NCBI GenBank assembly: GCA_965248265.1
Contig: CBDFJF010000002.1
Coordinates: forward strand, 3,136,001-3,200,000
Direction of reading: 5' to 3'
DNA length: 64,000 bases
From: Candidatus Latescibacterota bacterium
Lineage (GTDB): Bacteria; Latescibacterota; UBA2968; UBA8231
The translations under genes were made by a program, and so were the position numbers. Below the pieces are notes generated by a model. That model was not told the DNA's origin. It saw only the letters and a list, made by a program, of their open reading frames with translations, and did not search any database. Position 1 is the first letter of the stretch. The number at the start of each line of letters is the position of its first letter. Below are positions 1-12,537 of the stretch, in pieces.

Positions 1-156
1 GTGGCTGGACGTTCCCGCATTTACGAAGCGATCGTCAAGGGAGACAATCCGCCCGAGCCTGGAATTCCGGAATCGTTCAACGTTTTGGTGAAGGAACTTC
101 AGAGTCTGTGCCTGGACGTGATATTGGAGGACAGCCGCGTGGTGGAACCCTATTAA
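1..156 (+). CDS. rpoB: RNA polymerase beta subunit, C-terminal end (partial)
   Basis: Frame 1 reads ...[35 protein letters not shown]...PY*, the conserved RpoB C-terminus; lies directly upstream of rpoC. Confidence 0.97.
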   Translation: MAGRSRIYEAIVKGDNPPEPGIPESFNVLVKELQSLCLDVILEDSRVVEPY

Positions 157-211
157 GGATGACCGATCTACCAATCGGTCATTAAGACGACCGATCTAGC
201 GATCGGTCGTT
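153..211 (+). repeat. Two tandem, near-identical hairpins between rpoB and rpoC
   Basis: ATGACCGAT-ctacca-ATCGGTCAT (159-182) and ACGACCGATC-tagc-GATCGGTCGT (187-210). Confidence 0.8.
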
Positions 212-266
212 GGCAGTAACTGACAGGTTCGATCGAAGCAGAGTCTAACCAACCAGAGGTGACGAC

Positions 267-3200
267 GTGATCAAAACCGGCAACTCAAGAAAACCGACAG
301 ATTTCGATTCCATTCGGATCCAGTTGGCCTCACCGGACACCATCCGGTCATGGTCGCACGGCGAAGTCACAAAGCCAGAAACCATCAACTACCGCTCGTT
401 CAAACCCGAACGCGACGGCTTGTTCTGCGAACGTATTTTCGGCCCGGTGAAGGACTGGAACTGTCATTGCGGTAAATACAAGGGGATCCGCTATCGCGGG
501 GTCGTCTGCGATCGCTGCGGGGTAGAGGTCACTCAGGCGAAGGTTCGTCGCGAACGACTAGGTCACATCGAGTTGGCTGTTCCTGTTTCACACATCTGGT
601 ATTTCAAGTCATTGCCGTCGCGCATCGGAGCGCTGATGGATGTGTCGATGCGCAACCTTGAGCGCATCCTGTATTACGAGTCGTATGTCGTCATGGACCC
701 CCGTGGTTCCGAGATCGAAAAGATGACGTTGCTGACCGAGGAGGAACTGCTCGAAGTGCGGGAGCAGGGCAACGATCCCAAGGTCGGCATGGGCGCACCG
801 GCAGTCAGAGATTTGCTCGCCGAAATCGACATCGAAGAGTTGTCGGCCGAACTGCGAGCCCGCGTACGCATGGAGACATCGATTCAGCGCAAGCAGGAAG
901 CGCTGAAGCGGTTGAAGGTCATCGAGGCCTTCCGCCAGTCCGAGAACCGGCCCGAATGGATGATCCTGGAGGTCATACCGGTGATTCCTCCGGATCTCCG
1001 TCCTCTAGTGCCTCTAGAGGGTGGCCGCTTCGCGACCTCGGATCTGAACGACCTGTACCGTCGTGTCATCAACAGGAACAACCGCCTCAAGAAGCTGATC
1101 GGCATCAAGGCCCCAGAGGTCATTCTGCGCAACGAGAAGCGCATGCTGCAGGAAGCGGTCGATGCGCTATTCGACAACGGACGGCGATCCCGAGCCGTGC
1201 GCGGCGACGGCAATCGCTCGCTTAAGTCATTGAGCGATTTGCTCAAAGGAAAGCAGGGCAGGTTCCGCCAGAATCTGCTTGGCAAGCGGGTCGATTACAG
1301 CGGCCGTTCGGTCATCGTTGTCGGTCCCGAATTGAAGCTTCACCAATGCGGCCTGCCCAAGAGCATGGCGCTGGAGTTGTTCAAGCCGTTCGTTATTCGC
1401 AAGCTCGAGGAAACTGGCCTGGTGCAGACGGTGAAGAGCGCCAAGAAGCTGGTGGAGCGCGAGCGACCCGAGGTCTGGGACATCCTGGAAGACATCATCA
1501 GTGACCACTGCGTGCTGCTGAATCGCGCGCCAACACTTCACCGGTTGGGTATTCAAGCCTTTCAGCCGATCCTCGTCGAGGGCAAGGCGGTGCAGCTTCA
1601 TCCGTTGGTATGCGCTGCCTTCAATGCCGATTTCGACGGAGATCAGATGGCGGTCCATGTACCGCTTTCGTTCGAGGCGCAGATCGAGGCGCGCTTGCTG
1701 ATGCTGTCGTCTCAGAATCTGCTCAAGCCGGCCGATGGCGAGCCCGTCATCATGATGGACCCCAAAGACATCGTCCTGGGTAGTTACTACCTGACCAAAG
1801 TGCGCTTCAGTGAAGCCACCAAAGAGGAGCGGCGCTTTGCCAGTCCGACCGAAGCCATGGCGGCGTTTGAGTCAGAGCGCATCACCCTCCACCAACCGAT
1901 CAAGGTTCGGGTCAAGGGTGAGATGATCGACACGACCGCCGGCCGGTTGGTGTTCAACGAGACCATGCCCCCGGAGATGGACTTCATCAACCAGAATATT
2001 GAGAAGGGTGACATCAAGAGAATTACCGGCGAAGTGCACCGTCACATGGGCAACAGGCGGACGGCGGAATTCGTCGACAACCTCAAGCGTCTTGGCTATC
2101 ACTATGCCACGATCGCTGGAATCAGCGTTTCGGTCGATGACGTGGTCGTCCCGCCGGAGAAGGATGAAATCATCAACGAAGCGTTGGGCGAAGTGGAGAG
2201 AGTGCGCGATCAGTACGCCAACGGAATCATCACCGACGGTGAGCGCTACAACAAGATTATCGATATCTGGACGCACGCCACGTCAGCCGTTTCCCGCGCC
2301 GTGCAAGGGGCCCTGGAGGATGCCGAGGAAGGCTTCAATTCCATCTTTGTGATGAAGGATTCCGGAGCACGAGGTAGTGAGGACCAGATAAAGCAGTTGG
2401 GTGGCATGCGCGGCCTCATGAACAAGCCACAGAAGAAGCTGACGGGAGCGGTTGGAGAAATCATCGAGACTCCGATCATCGCATCCTTCAAGGAAGGCCT
2501 GTCCGTGCAGGAGTACTTCATATCGACGCACGGAGCGCGCAAGGGATTGGCAGACACGGCACTGAAGACGGCCGAGGCCGGGTACCTGACTCGTCGCATG
2601 GTCGATGTAGCACAGGACGTCGTGGTCAGCCAACCGGACTGCGGTACTGGCCAGGGTCTGTGGACCGGCGCCCTGAAAGATGGCGAGGAGATTATCGAAC
2701 CTCTGGCCGATCGCATCGTCGGCAGGGTCATCCTCGACGACGCCGTCGACGCCGACGACAACGTCGTCGTCAAGGCCGGCACGTTACTCGAGGAGGCCGA
2801 TGCCAACAATATCGCCCAGGCCGGGTTCGAACAGGTGCGCATCCGCTCGGTCCTGACGTGTGAATCACAGCGCGGGGTGTGCGCCAAGTGCTACGGGCGC
2901 AATTTGGCGACGGGCAGGATCGTGAATATTGGTGAAGCCACCGGTGTCATCGCCGCTCAGAGCATTGGCGAGCCGGGGACGCAGCTGACCCTGCGCACGT
3001 TTCACATCGGCGGCACGGCCAGCCGTATTGCCGAACAATCTCAAATCACGGCGCGCCGTCGCGGCAAGGTTCGTTTCGCGAATGTCACCAGCGTGGAGAA
3101 TCCTGATTTGGGCCAGGTGGTGACGGGGCGCAATGGTGAGATCGAACTCCTCGATGAGCAGAATCGAGTGCGATCCCGCATCAACGTTCCGTACGGGGCA

Positions 3201-4379
3201 AGCCTCAAGGTGTCTGACGCCGAGGAGGTCGAAAGCTCCCAGGTGATGTACGAGTGGGACCCGTATAACAACGCCATCATCACCGACCGAGCCGGTAAGG
3301 TTAAGTTCACGGATATCGCCGATGATGTTACTCTGAGTGAGAAGTTCGACGAAACCACCGGTATGAGTGCGCGTGTGATCGTCGAGCAGCGCGATCGTTC
3401 ATTGAGTCCCCAGATTGACGTTATCAACAGGAAGGAAGGAAATCGCTCATTCATTCTTCCCGTCGGTGCGCGAGTGTTGGTGGCGGACAAGGAACAGGTC
3501 GCTCCCGGGACTCCACTGGTAAAGATACCGAGAGAGCGCACGAAGACTCGCGACATCACCGGTGGTCTGCCGCGCGTAGCCGAGCTGTTCGAGGCCAGGC
3601 GTCCGAAGGAGCCGGCCGTGATTTCAGAGATTGATGGGGCCGTCAAGTTCGGCGGGTTGGTTCGCGGAAACCGTGAGGTCCTCGTGACCTCTCACGACGG
3701 GGAAGAGCGCAAGTACTTAATCCCGTACGGCAAGCATATGAGGGTGCACGAGGGGGACCACGTGGTCGCCGGTGAGCGACTGTCAGAAGGAGCCGTGAAC
3801 CCGCATGATATCCTGCAGGTTCAGGGTGTGAACAAAGTGCAGGAGTACCTGGTGAACGAGATCCAGGATGTCTACCGTCTTCAGGCTGTAGAGATCAACG
3901 ACAAACACATCGAAGTGATCGTCAAGCAGATGCTGCAGAAGGTCAGGGTGCTGGATCCGGGTGACACCAACTTTCTCGAGGGAGAAGAGGTCGACAAGAT
4001 CCGCTTCAATCACGAGAACGAAAAGGTCATCACGGAGGGCGGAGATCCGGCCAATTGCACGCCGATCCTGCTCGGCATCACTCGTGCTTCCCTGCGGACA
4101 GACAGCTTCATCTCCGCCGCCTCGTTCCAGGAAACGACTCGAGTGCTAACCGAGGCAGCCGTGCAGGGCAAGATTGACCACCTGCGAGGCTTGAAAGAGA
4201 ACGTCATCATCGGCCGCCTGATTCCAGCCGGAACGGGATCCAGCCTTTACAGGTCGGTTAATTACCTCGATTTGCGTCCCGAGGAGGATGTGGTTGAGGT
4301 GCCGGCAACCGAGGAGGAGTTGGTCGAGGTTGGCGCCAATGGCGATGAGACAGCGGCCACTCCTGCCATGGGGGAGTAG
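267..4379 (+). CDS. rpoC: RNA polymerase beta' subunit
   Basis: NADFDGDQM catalytic motif, N-terminal Zn finger, 1370 aa. Confidence 0.99.
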   Translation: MIKTGNSRKPTDFDSIRIQLASPDTIRSWSHGEVTKPETINYRSFKPERDGLFCERIFGPVKDWNCHCGKYKGIRYRGVVCDRCGVEVTQAKVRRERLGHIELAVPVSHIWYFKSLPSRIGALMDVSMRNLERILYYESYVVMDPRGSEIEKMTLLTEEELLEVREQGNDPKVGMGAPAVRDLLAEIDIEELSAELRARVRMETSIQRKQEALKRLKVIEAFRQSENRPEWMILEVIPVIPPDLRPLVPLEGGRFATSDLNDLYRRVINRNNRLKKLIGIKAPEVILRNEKRMLQEAVDALFDNGRRSRAVRGDGNRSLKSLSDLLKGKQGRFRQNLLGKRVDYSGRSVIVVGPELKLHQCGLPKSMALELFKPFVIRKLEETGLVQTVKSAKKLVERERPEVWDILEDIISDHCVLLNRAPTLHRLGIQAFQPILVEGKAVQLHPLVCAAFNADFDGDQMAVHVPLSFEAQIEARLLMLSSQNLLKPADGEPVIMMDPKDIVLGSYYLTKVRFSEATKEERRFASPTEAMAAFESERITLHQPIKVRVKGEMIDTTAGRLVFNETMPPEMDFINQNIEKGDIKRITGEVHRHMGNRRTAEFVDNLKRLGYHYATIAGISVSVDDVVVPPEKDEIINEALGEVERVRDQYANGIITDGERYNKIIDIWTHATSAVSRAVQGALEDAEEGFNSIFVMKDSGARGSEDQIKQLGGMRGLMNKPQKKLTGAVGEIIETPIIASFKEGLSVQEYFISTHGARKGLADTALKTAEAGYLTRRMVDVAQDVVVSQPDCGTGQGLWTGALKDGEEIIEPLADRIVGRVILDDAVDADDNVVVKAGTLLEEADANNIAQAGFEQVRIRSVLTCESQRGVCAKCYGRNLATGRIVNIGEATGVIAAQSIGEPGTQLTLRTFHIGGTASRIAEQSQITARRRGKVRFANVTSVENPDLGQVVTGRNGEIELLDEQNRVRSRINVPYGASLKVSDAEEVESSQVMYEWDPYNNAIITDRAGKVKFTDIADDVTLSEKFDETTGMSARVIVEQRDRSLSPQIDVINRKEGNRSFILPVGARVLVADKEQVAPGTPLVKIPRERTKTRDITGGLPRVAELFEARRPKEPAVISEIDGAVKFGGLVRGNREVLVTSHDGEERKYLIPYGKHMRVHEGDHVVAGERLSEGAVNPHDILQVQGVNKVQEYLVNEIQDVYRLQAVEINDKHIEVIVKQMLQKVRVLDPGDTNFLEGEEVDKIRFNHENEKVITEGGDPANCTPILLGITRASLRTDSFISAASFQETTRVLTEAAVQGKIDHLRGLKENVIIGRLIPAGTGSSLYRSVNYLDLRPEEDVVEVPATEEELVEVGANGDETAATPAMGE

Positions 4380-4448
4380 GGTAGGGTTCATCAGCAGATT
4401 CATCGATTTTGTGAAAAATGCCGTCAATGTGCGAAAAAATCTGTAGTT

Positions 4449-4544
4449 GTTGACGAATCGTCTGGCGGCCGTTGACGAACCGTCTTGCGGCCGTTGACGA
4501 AGGCCCCAAGGGGCGTTGACGGACAACGATTTAGTCCTTAAGCT
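4449..4544 (+). promoter_or_regulatory. Probable str operon sigma70 promoter preceded by 22-bp phased GTTGACG repeats
   Basis: GTTGACG at 4449, 4471, 4493 and 4515; last copy gives TTGACG(4516-4521)-N17-TAAGCT(4539-4544). Confidence 0.6.
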
Positions 4545-4645
4545 TTAAGCTTGGCATGGAATGCGCTTCTTCAGTGTGAAACACGCATTTAGACGCGGAC
4601 TGAGGGTGTGAAAGCAAGTATTGTACCTATTGAGGATATCGGAAT

Positions 4646-5020
4646 TTGCCGACAATCAACCAGCTGATTCGCAAAGGGCGTTCGAGGTCGGGGCAACGCA
4701 AAGACGCTCCTGCTCTGCAGGGTTGTCCCCAGCGTCGCGGCGTTTGCACGCGGGTGTACACGACCACACCTAAGAAGCCGAATTCGGCTTTGCGCAAGAT
4801 GGCCAGAGTGCGTTTGACAACTGGTCAGGAGGTGGCGGCATACATCCCAGGCGAAGGAAACAATCTGCAGGAGCACTCCATCGTCCTGGTGCGTGGCGGG
4901 CGAGTGAAGGATGTTCCCGGCGTGCGCTACCACATCATTCGTGGCGTTCTCGATGCAAGTGGGGTAGCGGAGCGAAAGCAGGGCCGCTCCAAATACGGGG
5001 CGCGAAGGGCCGACAGTTAG
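4646..5020 (+). CDS. rpsL: 30S ribosomal protein S12
   Basis: [12 protein letters not shown]...[11 protein letters not shown]...[12 protein letters not shown]; TTG start. Confidence 0.99.
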   Translation: MPTINQLIRKGRSRSGQRKDAPALQGCPQRRGVCTRVYTTTPKKPNSALRKMARVRLTTGQEVAAYIPGEGNNLQEHSIVLVRGGRVKDVPGVRYHIIRGVLDASGVAERKQGRSKYGARRADS

Positions 5021-5068
5021 GCTTGCTTTTTTCACTGGAAACTTCGCCAGAATTCGAGTAGATATCCG

Positions 5069-5539
5069 ATGTCCAGAAGAAGAAGAGCAGTAAAGCGACA
5101 GACGCTTCCCGATCCAAAGTACAACAGCGTTCTTGCTGCCCGGTTTATCAGCTGTCTCATGAGCAGGGGTAAGAAGAGTCTGGCTGAGCGGATCTTCTAT
5201 GACGCCGTTGATCTGGTAACGCAACGCTCGGATCAACAGGGCATCGATTTGTTCATGAAGGCTGTAGAGAATTGCAAGCCGATGGTGCTGACGAAGTCCA
5301 GGCGTGTCGGCTCTCAGACCTATCAGGTCCCTCTGGAAGTCAGGCCAGAAGAGCGTACCACCCGCTCGATCAAGTGGATTATCCGTTTCGCGCGAGAGCG
5401 CTCGGAACGCACGATGGCTGATCGATTAGCCAATGAGTTGATCGCAGCTTCCAAGGGAGACGGGGGCGCGATACGCGCCCGTGACGAAGTGCATCGAATG
5501 GCCGATGCGAACAGGGCTTTCGCCCACTACAGGTTCTAG
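5069..5539 (+). CDS. rpsG: 30S ribosomal protein S7
   Basis: MSRRRRA...PDPKYNS...HRMADANRAFAHYRF. Confidence 0.99.
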   Translation: MSRRRRAVKRQTLPDPKYNSVLAARFISCLMSRGKKSLAERIFYDAVDLVTQRSDQQGIDLFMKAVENCKPMVLTKSRRVGSQTYQVPLEVRPEERTTRSIKWIIRFARERSERTMADRLANELIAASKGDGGAIRARDEVHRMADANRAFAHYRF

Positions 5540-5554
5540 GAAAAGAAGGACAGA

Positions 5555-7651
5555 GTGGCCAGGGAACACGCAATCGCGGACACGCGAAACATCGGGATCG
5601 CAGCCCACATCGACGCCGGCAAGACGACGACGACCGAGCGTATTCTGTACTACACCGGCCGTCTGCATCGAATGGGGGAGGTCCATGATGGTACGGCCAC
5701 GATGGACTTCATGGACCAGGAGCGGGAACGCGGTATCACCATCAACTCCGCTGCTACCGCAGCCGAGTGGAACGGTCATCGAATAAACATTATCGACACC
5801 CCCGGCCACGTTGATTTTACCGCTGAAGTCGAGCGTTCACTCCGGGTGCTAGACGGTGCCGTGGGCGTGTTTTGTGCCGTTGGTGGTGTCGAGCCGCAGT
5901 CGGAGACGGTCTGGCGTCAGGCGGACCGCTACGGTGTTCCTCGGATTGCCTTCGTCAACAAGATGGACCGCAACGGAGCCGATTTTTTCAGGGTGCTCGA
6001 GATGCTGGAGGAGCGTCTTGGGAGTAATTTCGTGCCGGTGCAGTTGCCGCTTGGCAGCGGAGAGACCTATACCGGGTTGGTCGACTTGATTGAGATGAAG
6101 GCGATCACCTATCAGGACGATTCGCAAGGCATGGATTTCCTCGAAACAGAGGTGCCTGAAGATCTGACGGAGACGGCCCTGAAGTACCGGGAAAAGTTGC
6201 TCGAGTCTGTTGCCGACTACGACGATCACCTTCTCGAAAAATTCCTCGAAGGCGAAGAGATCCGTTCTGACGAGATCAGGGCGGCCCTTCGGCAGGCCAC
6301 CATCGCCTTGAAGGCTGTTCCGGTTGTCTGTGGCAGCGCCTATAAGTTCAAGGGGGTGCAGAAGCTCCTAGACAGCATAGTCGAGTTTCTACCTTCTCCT
6401 CTGGATGTGCCTCCGGTTACCGGAGTCTTGCCCAATTCCGAGGAGTCAGCGGAGCGTCCGGCTGCCGACGACGCGCCATTCTCAGCGTTGGCGTTCAAGA
6501 TTCAGGCTGATGATTTCGTTGGCCGACTGACCTTTTTGCGAGTGTATTCTGGCACGCTGAAATCAGGTTCCTACATACACAACGTCAACTCGGGGAAAAA
6601 GGAACGCGTTTCTCGGCTGGTCGAGATGCACGCCGACACGCGCTTGGAGCGCGAGGACGCTCATGCCGGAGACATCATCGCCGTGGTCGGGCTCAAGAGT
6701 ACGACAACGGGTGAGACCCTCTGTGACGGCGACCAGCAGATTCTCCTTGAGAAGATAGAATTCGCCAAACCGGTCATTCATCGCGCCATCGAACCCAAGA
6801 CCAAGGGTGACCAGGAGCGGCTCTATAGCGCGCTCAACAAGATGAGTGAAGAAGATCCGACCTTCGTCATAACCGTCGACAAGGATACCGGGCAAACGCT
6901 GGTATCGGGGATGGGTGAACTGCATCTCGAAACACGCATCGAACGTCTGTTACGCGAATTCAGGGTCGCTGCCAATGTGGGAGATCCGCAGGTGGCCTAC
7001 AAAGAAGGCATTCGAAACACGGTCGAGGCCACGGGGAGATTCGTGCGACAGAGCGGCGGGCGCGGCCAGTTCGGCCATGTGGAGATCGAGATGGGGCCAG
7101 GCGAGTCCCGCACCGGTCTGGTGTTCGAATCCAAGATCGTCGGTGGCTCGATTCCCAGGGAGTATGTCAACCCGGTCCGTGAAGGCATCCAGGAGGCCAT
7201 GTTGAGTGGCCCGATCGCAGGTTATCCCATCGAAGACATCGTGGTGACGTTGGTCGACGGCTCGTATCACGAGGTTGATTCATCGGAGATGGCTTTCAAG
7301 GTGGCAGGATCCATGGCCTTCAAGGAAGGGGCACGGAAGGCCAAGCCATTCTTGATGGAGCCGGTCATGGATCTCGAAGTCGTCGTGCCCGAACAGTACC
7401 TCGGCGATGTCATCGGCGACCTCAATTCCCATCGCGGTGACGTGCAAGGTATCACCCCTCGCTCCGAGGCGCAGGTGATAGAGGCCGTGATTCCTCTGTC
7501 AGAGACGTTCGGTTATGCGACCAGGCTTCGCTCGCTGACTCAAGGCCGGGCCGTTTTCACCATGCAGTTTTCGCGCTTCAAGCAGGTACCCAAGCAACTG
7601 ACCGAAGAGATCGTCGATCGTATCCGGGGGTATTCGGAAGCGGCGGCGTGA
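5555..7651 (+). CDS. fusA: Elongation factor G
   Basis: [23 protein letters not shown] and NKMD motifs; 698 aa. Confidence 0.99.
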   Translation: MAREHAIADTRNIGIAAHIDAGKTTTTERILYYTGRLHRMGEVHDGTATMDFMDQERERGITINSAATAAEWNGHRINIIDTPGHVDFTAEVERSLRVLDGAVGVFCAVGGVEPQSETVWRQADRYGVPRIAFVNKMDRNGADFFRVLEMLEERLGSNFVPVQLPLGSGETYTGLVDLIEMKAITYQDDSQGMDFLETEVPEDLTETALKYREKLLESVADYDDHLLEKFLEGEEIRSDEIRAALRQATIALKAVPVVCGSAYKFKGVQKLLDSIVEFLPSPLDVPPVTGVLPNSEESAERPAADDAPFSALAFKIQADDFVGRLTFLRVYSGTLKSGSYIHNVNSGKKERVSRLVEMHADTRLEREDAHAGDIIAVVGLKSTTTGETLCDGDQQILLEKIEFAKPVIHRAIEPKTKGDQERLYSALNKMSEEDPTFVITVDKDTGQTLVSGMGELHLETRIERLLREFRVAANVGDPQVAYKEGIRNTVEATGRFVRQSGGRGQFGHVEIEMGPGESRTGLVFESKIVGGSIPREYVNPVREGIQEAMLSGPIAGYPIEDIVVTLVDGSYHEVDSSEMAFKVAGSMAFKEGARKAKPFLMEPVMDLEVVVPEQYLGDVIGDLNSHRGDVQGITPRSEAQVIEAVIPLSETFGYATRLRSLTQGRAVFTMQFSRFKQVPKQLTEEIVDRIRGYSEAAA

Positions 7652-7705
7652 TCGAGAGAGCATTTCAAGCAGGTAGGTTCAACGAGTAGGGAAAGGAAAG
7701 GCCTC

Positions 7706-8896
7706 ATGGCAAAGGACAAATTCGAACGCAACAAGCCTCACGTGAACATCGGTACAATCGGTCACGTGGATCACGGCAAGACAACGCTGACTGCGGCCAT
7801 AACCCTCCACCTGGCCAGCCAGGGCTTCGCTGAGGCCAGGTCCGTCGATGACATCGATAACGCACCAGAAGAGCGCCAGCGCGGCGTGACCATCAACGTC
7901 TCACATCAGGAATACGAGACGGCGAACCGGCATTATGCGCACGTGGATTGCCCTGGTCACGTCGACTACATCAAGAATATGATCACGGGCGCCGCTCAGA
8001 TGGACGGCGCCATTCTCGTGGTCAGCGCAGCGGATGGTCCGATGATCCAGACGCGCGAGCACATTTTGTTGGCCCGTCAGGTCAACGTGCCCGGCATCGT
8101 CGTCTATATGAATAAAGTGGATCAGGTGGATGACCCTGAATTGTTGGATCTGGTCGAGCTCGAGACCCGTGAGCTTCTCTCTGAGTACGACTTTCCAGGA
8201 GACGACGTTCCGGTCATTCGCGGCTCCGCATTGAAGAGCGTCGAGGGCGACGATAGCGAGATCGGTACGCAGTCGATCGACCAGTTGGTCAATGCAGTGG
8301 ACGAGTACATTAATCTGCCCGACCGGCCCGTGGATCAGCCCTTCCTGATGCCCGTGGAGGATGTCTTCAGCATCACCGGACGTGGTACGGTTGGCACAGG
8401 TAGGATCGAGCGTGGCGTTATCAAAACGGGAGATGATGTCGAGGTGGTGGGCATCAAAGAGACCCGCAAGACCGTGGTAACGGGCGTAGAGATGTTCAGG
8501 AAACTCCTTGATGACGGTCAGGCCGGTGACAACGTGGGCCTGTTGCTGAGAGGCGTTGAGAAAGAAGAGCTCACACGCGGCATGGTCGTGTGTGCTCCCG
8601 GAAGCATAACACCTCACACAAAGTTCAACGCAGAGGTTTACGTGCTGACATCCAAAGAAGGTGGTCGCGAGAAGCCATTCTTCACAGGATACCGGCCGCA
8701 GTTTTACTTCCGCACGACGGATGTCACCGGAAGCATCGAGTTGCCCGAAGGCGTCGAGATGGTGATGCCTGGCGATAACGTCAACATGGTCGTCGACCTG
8801 ATTCAGCCCATCGCCATCGAAGCGACATTACGCTTCGCCATCCGAGAGGGTGGACGGACGATCGGCTCGGGCGTCGTCACTGGTGTCATCGAGTGA
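7706..8896 (+). CDS. tuf: Elongation factor Tu
   Basis: [18 protein letters not shown] and FAIREGGRT motifs. Confidence 0.99.
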   Translation: MAKDKFERNKPHVNIGTIGHVDHGKTTLTAAITLHLASQGFAEARSVDDIDNAPEERQRGVTINVSHQEYETANRHYAHVDCPGHVDYIKNMITGAAQMDGAILVVSAADGPMIQTREHILLARQVNVPGIVVYMNKVDQVDDPELLDLVELETRELLSEYDFPGDDVPVIRGSALKSVEGDDSEIGTQSIDQLVNAVDEYINLPDRPVDQPFLMPVEDVFSITGRGTVGTGRIERGVIKTGDDVEVVGIKETRKTVVTGVEMFRKLLDDGQAGDNVGLLLRGVEKEELTRGMVVCAPGSITPHTKFNAEVYVLTSKEGGREKPFFTGYRPQFYFRTTDVTGSIELPEGVEMVMPGDNVNMVVDLIQPIAIEATLRFAIREGGRTIGSGVVTGVIE

Positions 8897-8942
8897 TCGA
8901 GCCCGTTGCGAGTGTGAAGATAGATAGAAAGCGCAGACAGTA

Positions 8943-9251
8943 ATGGCAGTCGATAGAATTCGAATCAGGCTCAAGGCCTACGATCACGCGGCACTCGACA
9001 AATCCGTCGATGAGATCGTGCAGACAGTGAGACGAAGCGGTGCCCGAATCGCCGGACCGATTCCTTTACCTACTGACCGCACAATCTACACGGTGTTGCG
9101 CGGGCCTCATGTTGACAAGAAGTCCAGAGAGCAATTTGAGACGCGGATCCACAAGCGTCTGATTGACATTTTTGAGTCGACTCCGCAGACCGTCGACGCG
9201 CTGATGAAGCTGGATTTACCAGCCGGCATCGGTATCGAAATCAAGGTTTGA
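8943..9251 (+). CDS. rpsJ: 30S ribosomal protein S10
   Basis: [10 protein letters not shown]...GPIPLPT...KSREQFE. Confidence 0.99.
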   Translation: MAVDRIRIRLKAYDHAALDKSVDEIVQTVRRSGARIAGPIPLPTDRTIYTVLRGPHVDKKSREQFETRIHKRLIDIFESTPQTVDALMKLDLPAGIGIEIKV

Positions 9252-9259
9252 GGAAGATC

Positions 9260-9916
9260 ATGGCAACGGTAGACGTGTTGACGGCAGACGGAGGCAAGAA
9301 GGGCTCGCTGGAGCTTCCTTCGATCCTGTTCGAGGCGCGTGTGTCCGAACACGCCGTCCATGCCGCCGTGGTCGCCTTCGAGGCCAATCAGCGGCAGGGA
9401 AACGCCTCGGTGAAGGGTCGTTCGGAAGTCAATCGGTCGGGCCGCAAGCACCATCGGCAAAAGGGCTCAGGATTGGCACGTCGTGGGACGGTCACCACCA
9501 ATCTCTTGAGAGGGGGCGGGGTCGCGTTCGGTCATCCGAAACCTCGATCCTACCGCACTCACCTTACCAAAGGAATGAAACACCGAGCTCTGGTGTCGGC
9601 GCTTTCTTACAAAGGCAAGACCGAGCAGGTACGCGTGGTCGAAGACGTGGAATTCGAGAAGCCGAGCACGAAATCCTTCGCGGCGCTGTTGCAAGCCATC
9701 GGATTGGGTCGGGAAGAAAAGGTTCTGTTCGTGACGGCGACAAATGACCCGGTGTTGTTCAAGTCGTGCCGCAATTTGCCGGGGGTTGAGATGGCGACCG
9801 CCACGACGGTGAATACGTATGGTATTGTGGCCGCCGATGTCCTCGTGCTGACTCCGAAGTCAGTTGAAGCACTGGGAGTCGTGCACGGTGATTCCAGTGG
9901 GGGCGAGTCACAGTGA
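9260..9916 (+). CDS. rplD: 50S ribosomal protein L4
   Basis: [13 protein letters not shown]...[11 protein letters not shown]...RGGGVAFG; ATG at 9260 after GAGGAAG. Confidence 0.97.
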   Translation: MATVDVLTADGGKKGSLELPSILFEARVSEHAVHAAVVAFEANQRQGNASVKGRSEVNRSGRKHHRQKGSGLARRGTVTTNLLRGGGVAFGHPKPRSYRTHLTKGMKHRALVSALSYKGKTEQVRVVEDVEFEKPSTKSFAALLQAIGLGREEKVLFVTATNDPVLFKSCRNLPGVEMATATTVNTYGIVAADVLVLTPKSVEALGVVHGDSSGGESQ

Positions 9917-10200
9917 ATGATCTACGATCCGTTTTGCGGGCCCCGGTTGTTACGGAGAAGGCGACCATTCAACGCGACAAAGGCACCTACACCTTTCGTG
10001 TCGATCGCAGGGCCAATAAGATCCAGATTCGCCACGCCGTAGAGTCGATTTTCGATGTTCAGGTTGCTTCAGTACGCACGGTTACGGTGCCGCGTAAGCC
10101 GAAGCGACAAGGAGCGTTCCGCGGTGCCACTTCGGCCTGGAAGAAGGCCTATGTGACGTTACGCGCCGGGGATGCCATTGAACTCGTTGAGAGTGTGTGA
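9913..10200 (+). CDS. rplW: 50S ribosomal protein L23
   Basis: PVVTEKA...FRVDRRANK...WKKAYVTL. Confidence 0.98.
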   Translation: MNDLRSVLRAPVVTEKATIQRDKGTYTFRVDRRANKIQIRHAVESIFDVQVASVRTVTVPRKPKRQGAFRGATSAWKKAYVTLRAGDAIELVESV

Positions 10201-10224
10201 GGGAGTTTTAAAAAAGGTGACATA

Positions 10225-11052
10225 GTGCCAGTCAAGCGATTCAGACCCATAACGCCCACCCAGCGCTACAAGACGGTGAACTCCTTTGCCGAAGTTACGG
10301 CGGAGTCTCCGGAGAAGTCCCTCACGGCACCACTGTCAAAGACCGGTGGGCGTAACAGTCGTGGCCGTATGACCGCGCGTCGGCGCGGAGGTGGGCATAA
10401 GAGGCGCTATCGCATCATCGATTTTCGGCGGGACAAGGTGGGGGTTCCTGGTCGAGTGGCTTCGATTGAGTATGATCCCAACCGCTCAGCATTCATTGCC
10501 TTGATCGTCTATCGAGACGGTGAAAAGCGCTACATGATTGCCGCCCATGGCCTCAATGTTGGAGACACCGTGTTGTCGGGTAGTGATGCGCCGGTTCAGG
10601 TTGGCAATGCCTTGCCACTTTCTCGGATCCCAGTGGGGACGACTGTCCACAATGTGGAACTCAACCCTGGCCAGGGCGCGCGTCTGGCCCGTAGCGCCGG
10701 AGCTGAGGTCCAACTCATGAGTAGGGCGGAAGGGAGAGCTCGATTGCGATTGCCCTCTGGCGAAGTTCGGCTGGTATGGGAGACCTGTTGCGCGACGATC
10801 GGGCAGGTCGGAAACCTGGATCATGGTAATATCGTTATCGGCAAGGCTGGCAGGTCACGCTGGTTGGGTCGACGTCCCAAGGTCCGTGGTGTGGTGATGA
10901 ATCCGGTCGATCATCCCCATGGTGGTGGCGAGGGTAAGAGTTCGGGTGGCCGTCATCCAGTGACTCCGTGGGGCAAGCCGACCAAGGGTTACAAAACCCG
11001 GAAGCGCACGAAGAAGTCAAACCAGTGGATCGAAAGTCGGCGGAGCAAGTGA
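10225..11052 (+). CDS. rplB: 50S ribosomal protein L2
   Basis: IEYDPNRSA and [13 protein letters not shown] motifs. Confidence 0.99.
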   Translation: MPVKRFRPITPTQRYKTVNSFAEVTAESPEKSLTAPLSKTGGRNSRGRMTARRRGGGHKRRYRIIDFRRDKVGVPGRVASIEYDPNRSAFIALIVYRDGEKRYMIAAHGLNVGDTVLSGSDAPVQVGNALPLSRIPVGTTVHNVELNPGQGARLARSAGAEVQLMSRAEGRARLRLPSGEVRLVWETCCATIGQVGNLDHGNIVIGKAGRSRWLGRRPKVRGVVMNPVDHPHGGGEGKSSGGRHPVTPWGKPTKGYKTRKRTKKSNQWIESRRSK

Positions 11053-11118
11053 TGGCCTTCATTCACTCAGCTATATTTATTCAGTTCTATTCATTCAGTT
11101 AAACCGTAGGATAGCAAC

Positions 11119-11406
11119 TTGCCGAGATCAGTTAAAAAGGGTCCCTTCATAGACCCAAAACTGGCAGCGCGTGTGGAGGACATGAACAGGACCGGTGACA
11201 AGACAGTCCTGCGAACCTGGTCCAGGCGCTCGACGATTACGCCAGATTTTGTCGGCCTCACGCTGGCGGTCCACAACGGCAACAAATTCATCCCGGTCTA
11301 CGTGACCGAGAACATGGTTGGCCACAAACTCGGCGAATTTTCCCCTACGCGGACCTTTCGGGGGCACGGCGGTCGTTCAACCGAGCGTGTGACAGGGGTG
11401 AGGTAA
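11119..11406 (+). CDS. rpsS: 30S ribosomal protein S19
   Basis: RSVKKGPF...TWSRRS...[11 protein letters not shown]. Confidence 0.99.
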   Translation: MPRSVKKGPFIDPKLAARVEDMNRTGDKTVLRTWSRRSTITPDFVGLTLAVHNGNKFIPVYVTENMVGHKLGEFSPTRTFRGHGGRSTERVTGVR

Positions 11407-11407
11407 G

Positions 11408-11815
11408 ATGGAAGCCAAGGCCATACAGCGGCACATCGGAGTGCCGGCAACCAAGGTTCGGTTGGTCATCGACCAGATCAGGGGAAAGTCAGTAGAAGAA
11501 GCGCTGGCCATACTGCGGTTTTCGACGCGGCCGGTCGCCCGTGTTGTGGAGAAGACGCTGCGCTCTGCAGTCGCGAACGCGCTGGTGAAGGATGAAGACA
11601 ATCCGGTTGATGCAGAAGAGCTCTACGTGAGCCGCATATTCGCCGACGAGGGAAGAATGCTCAAGCGCCTGAGGCCGAGAGCCCGTGGCGCGGCATTCCG
11701 CGTACGCAAACGGCAAAGTCATATGACCGTGTTCGTCTCCGATGGTATCGCGTCTGTGGTGGCCGCCGATGTGAAGGATGAAGTCGCCGAGACCGCAACC
11801 GTCTCAGAAGAATAA
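11408..11815 (+). CDS. rplV: 50S ribosomal protein L22
   Basis: [12 protein letters not shown]...SAVANA...RPRARG; acidic C-terminal tail. Confidence 0.98.
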   Translation: MEAKAIQRHIGVPATKVRLVIDQIRGKSVEEALAILRFSTRPVARVVEKTLRSAVANALVKDEDNPVDAEELYVSRIFADEGRMLKRLRPRARGAAFRVRKRQSHMTVFVSDGIASVVAADVKDEVAETATVSEE

Positions 11816-11831
11816 AAAGCAAGGAGCTGTC

Positions 11832-12485
11832 GTGGGTCAGAAGACACATCCGTACGGGTTCCGCCTTGGAGTGATCAAGGGTTGGCGTTCCAACTGGTTC
11901 GCGGAAAAGGAAACCGCCGCATTGATAAAGGAAGACTTGATGTTGCGCAGCTACATCCAGCAGCGCTTGCAGCGTGCTGGAGTTTCCCGCATCAACATCG
12001 AGCGTCATCCGAAGCGCGTGACCGTAGAGGTTTTCACGGCCCGTCCAGGTATCGCCATCGGTCGCCGTGGCGCTGAGGTGGACAAGCTTAGGGACGAGCT
12101 CAAGCAGCTCACTGTGAAGGATGTTGCACTGAATATTCAGGAAGTAAAGAAGCCCGAGTTAGACGCCCAACTGGTGGCTGAGAATCTGGCTCGTCAGCTC
12201 GAGCAACGGGTGGCGTTCCGGCGCGTGATAAAGAAGGCCGTCGCGTCGTCCATGCGGATGGGAGCAGAAGGTATTCGCATTGTCTGCTCAGGTCGGATCG
12301 GTGGCGCAGAGATGTCACGACGGGAGCGCTCGGAGCCCGCTGGTAGAGTGCCTCTGCACACGCTTCGGGCTGACATCGACTACGCCACCGCGACGGCTTT
12401 CACCATGTCGGGAACCGTAGGCGTCAAGGTTTGGATCTGCCACGGCGAAGTTGTCGACGACGCCGAAGCAGCAGTCCAGGGCTGA
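11832..12485 (+). CDS. rpsC: 30S ribosomal protein S3
   Basis: GTG start after AAGGAG; [12 protein letters not shown]...[14 protein letters not shown]. Confidence 0.98.
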   Translation: MGQKTHPYGFRLGVIKGWRSNWFAEKETAALIKEDLMLRSYIQQRLQRAGVSRINIERHPKRVTVEVFTARPGIAIGRRGAEVDKLRDELKQLTVKDVALNIQEVKKPELDAQLVAENLARQLEQRVAFRRVIKKAVASSMRMGAEGIRIVCSGRIGGAEMSRRERSEPAGRVPLHTLRADIDYATATAFTMSGTVGVKVWICHGEVVDDAEAAVQG

Positions 12486-12537
12486 TGAACACATCAGGGC
12501 TAATGAAAATCGCGATCGGGGATGGGTTGACTGAACC

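Noticed and set aside
4551-4567. Sigma54 promoter TTGGCATGGAATGCGCT for rpsL
   Set aside because: GG-N10-GC spacing fits, but the -12 TTGC is degenerate and a good sigma70 promoter lies just upstream; not called as a feature.
4646-8896. Antibiotic-resistance alleles in rpsL or tuf
   Set aside because: S12 PKKPNS and RVKD lysines and EF-Tu FAIREGG are intact. Other differences look like lineage divergence.
11060-11102. Short ATTCATTCAG-like repeats between rplB and rpsS
   Set aside because: Three degenerate 10-mers in AT-rich spacer DNA; too short to support a function.
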